A stretch of DNA of 64,000 nt, taken from an uncultured Desulfobacteraceae bacterium. Its GTDB lineage: Bacteria; Desulfobacterota; Desulfobacteria; Desulfobacterales; UBA2156. The notes under the pieces were generated by a model. That model did no database searches and had not been told where the DNA came from. It saw nothing but the letters and a program-made list of their open reading frames with translations. Shown piece by piece: positions 63,511-64,000 of the stretch; position 1 is the first letter of the stretch, and every line of letters starts with the position of its first letter. Made by a program: the position numbers and the translations under genes. The stretch lies in the NCBI GenBank assembly GCA_964596535.1, contig CAZQUR010000004.1:33-64032 (forward strand), in the 5' to 3' direction.

Positions 63511-63894
63511 ATGAAACTGTTACACGCGGCCCTGGTTTGTGAAACCCGGGAAAAGAGCGACCGGTTTTACAACGGCCTTTTGGGACTCGAAGAGATGGGT
63601 ACCAAGACGGTTTCCGCCGATTTGATGCACCGGCTTTTCGGGGTGAACACCCCTTATACCCTGGTCCTTTACGGCAATGCGGATTTCTGTCTGGAGATTT
63701 TTATCGGCCCGGGACCGGCCCCGAGGCCCGCGGGGGTGGAACATCTCTGCCTGGAAGTGGAAAACCCGGCCTCTTTTTTGGAGAAGTGCGCCCAATCCAA
63801 TGTATCCATCCTGCGGATTCCCAAGCCCGACGGCACGGACCTGGTCTTCATCACGGACTTCGACGGCAACCGGTTCGAAATCAAGGGGAAATAA
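63511..63894 (+). CDS. VOC (glyoxalase/bleomycin-resistance/dioxygenase fold) family protein
   Basis: 127 aa. Motifs HAALVCE...SDRFYNGLLGL, HLCLEVEN, DFDGNRFEIK. Confidence 0.75.
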   Translation: MKLLHAALVCETREKSDRFYNGLLGLEEMGTKTVSADLMHRLFGVNTPYTLVLYGNADFCLEIFIGPGPAPRPAGVEHLCLEVENPASFLEKCAQSNVSILRIPKPDGTDLVFITDFDGNRFEIKGK

Positions 63895-64000
63895 TCCCCC
63901 TTTTACACCCGGCCCCCGCTCCATCGGAGCTTGTTTTTCAACAGGTCGTAATAATGCCTGCCCGGCAGGGCGATCATGGCAACGGGATAGCGCGCTTTTT

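Noticed and set aside
63903-64000. Minus-strand frame ending ...[27 protein letters not shown] at the window edge, convergent with the VOC gene.
   Set aside because: Only 32 codons are visible, which is too short to support a call or a function.
1-64000. Search by eye for CRISPR arrays, rRNA/tRNA genes, transposases, integrases, phage genes, toxin-antitoxin pairs and known defence-system hallmarks.
   Set aside because: None was recognised. The window is dominated by metabolic, regulatory and lipid-biosynthetic operons with short intergenic regions.

Overview
GC-rich, almost fully coding 64-kb window. Its gene content (Hdr/Mvh-type redox modules, one UGA-selenocysteine gene, sigma-54 regulation, many two-component proteins) suggests an anaerobic Desulfobacterota/deltaproteobacterial-type genome. 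That placement is inferred from content only.

Layout:
(i) 1-3.3 kb: crotonase, an HMGL-like lyase, a GntR regulator with a perfect 30-bp palindromic operator, and a small Cys-rich ORF.
(ii) 3.5-7.2 kb: a hybrid receiver/PAS kinase and a sigma-54 activator, followed by palindromic upstream sites and a TGGCAC-N5-GTGC promoter.
(iii) 7.3-20.0 kb: a seven-gene heterodisulfide-reductase-like operon. It encodes a receiver protein, a ferredoxin/membrane/HdrD fusion, an HdrA::GltD fusion, MvhD, an FrhB-like protein, a Sec-containing HdrC/B fusion, and a tandem HdrA with an embedded CheY receiver domain.
(iv) 20.3-31.6 kb: a dense two-component block that includes a kinase with CxxCH/Cx4CH motifs. It also holds a PpsA-like phosphotransferase lacking the PEP barrel and a TSUP permease coupled to an unknown membrane protein.
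(v) 31.9-38.9 kb: HMG-CoA lyase, LeuCD-like dehydratase, a Zn-ADH, gdhA and a gene remnant.
(vi) 39.0-58.5 kb: one long, translationally coupled type II FAS/PKS operon of aryl-polyene-like architecture. It has 4 KS, 2 CLF-like proteins, 2 ACP, 2 hotdog dehydratases, KR, TE, LolA-like, MMPL, 2 acyltransferases and GT2. It lacks aryl-starter genes and carries a CrtI-like flavoenzyme and two B12-type radical SAM enzymes.
(vii) 58.5-63.9 kb: MlaE/MlaD without an ATPase, two aldolase-type genes and a VOC protein.

No rRNA, tRNA, CRISPR array, transposase or integrase was recognised. The most novel-looking items are the radical-SAM-containing lipid/polyketide operon and the receiver-domain-containing, selenoprotein-containing Hdr-like locus.
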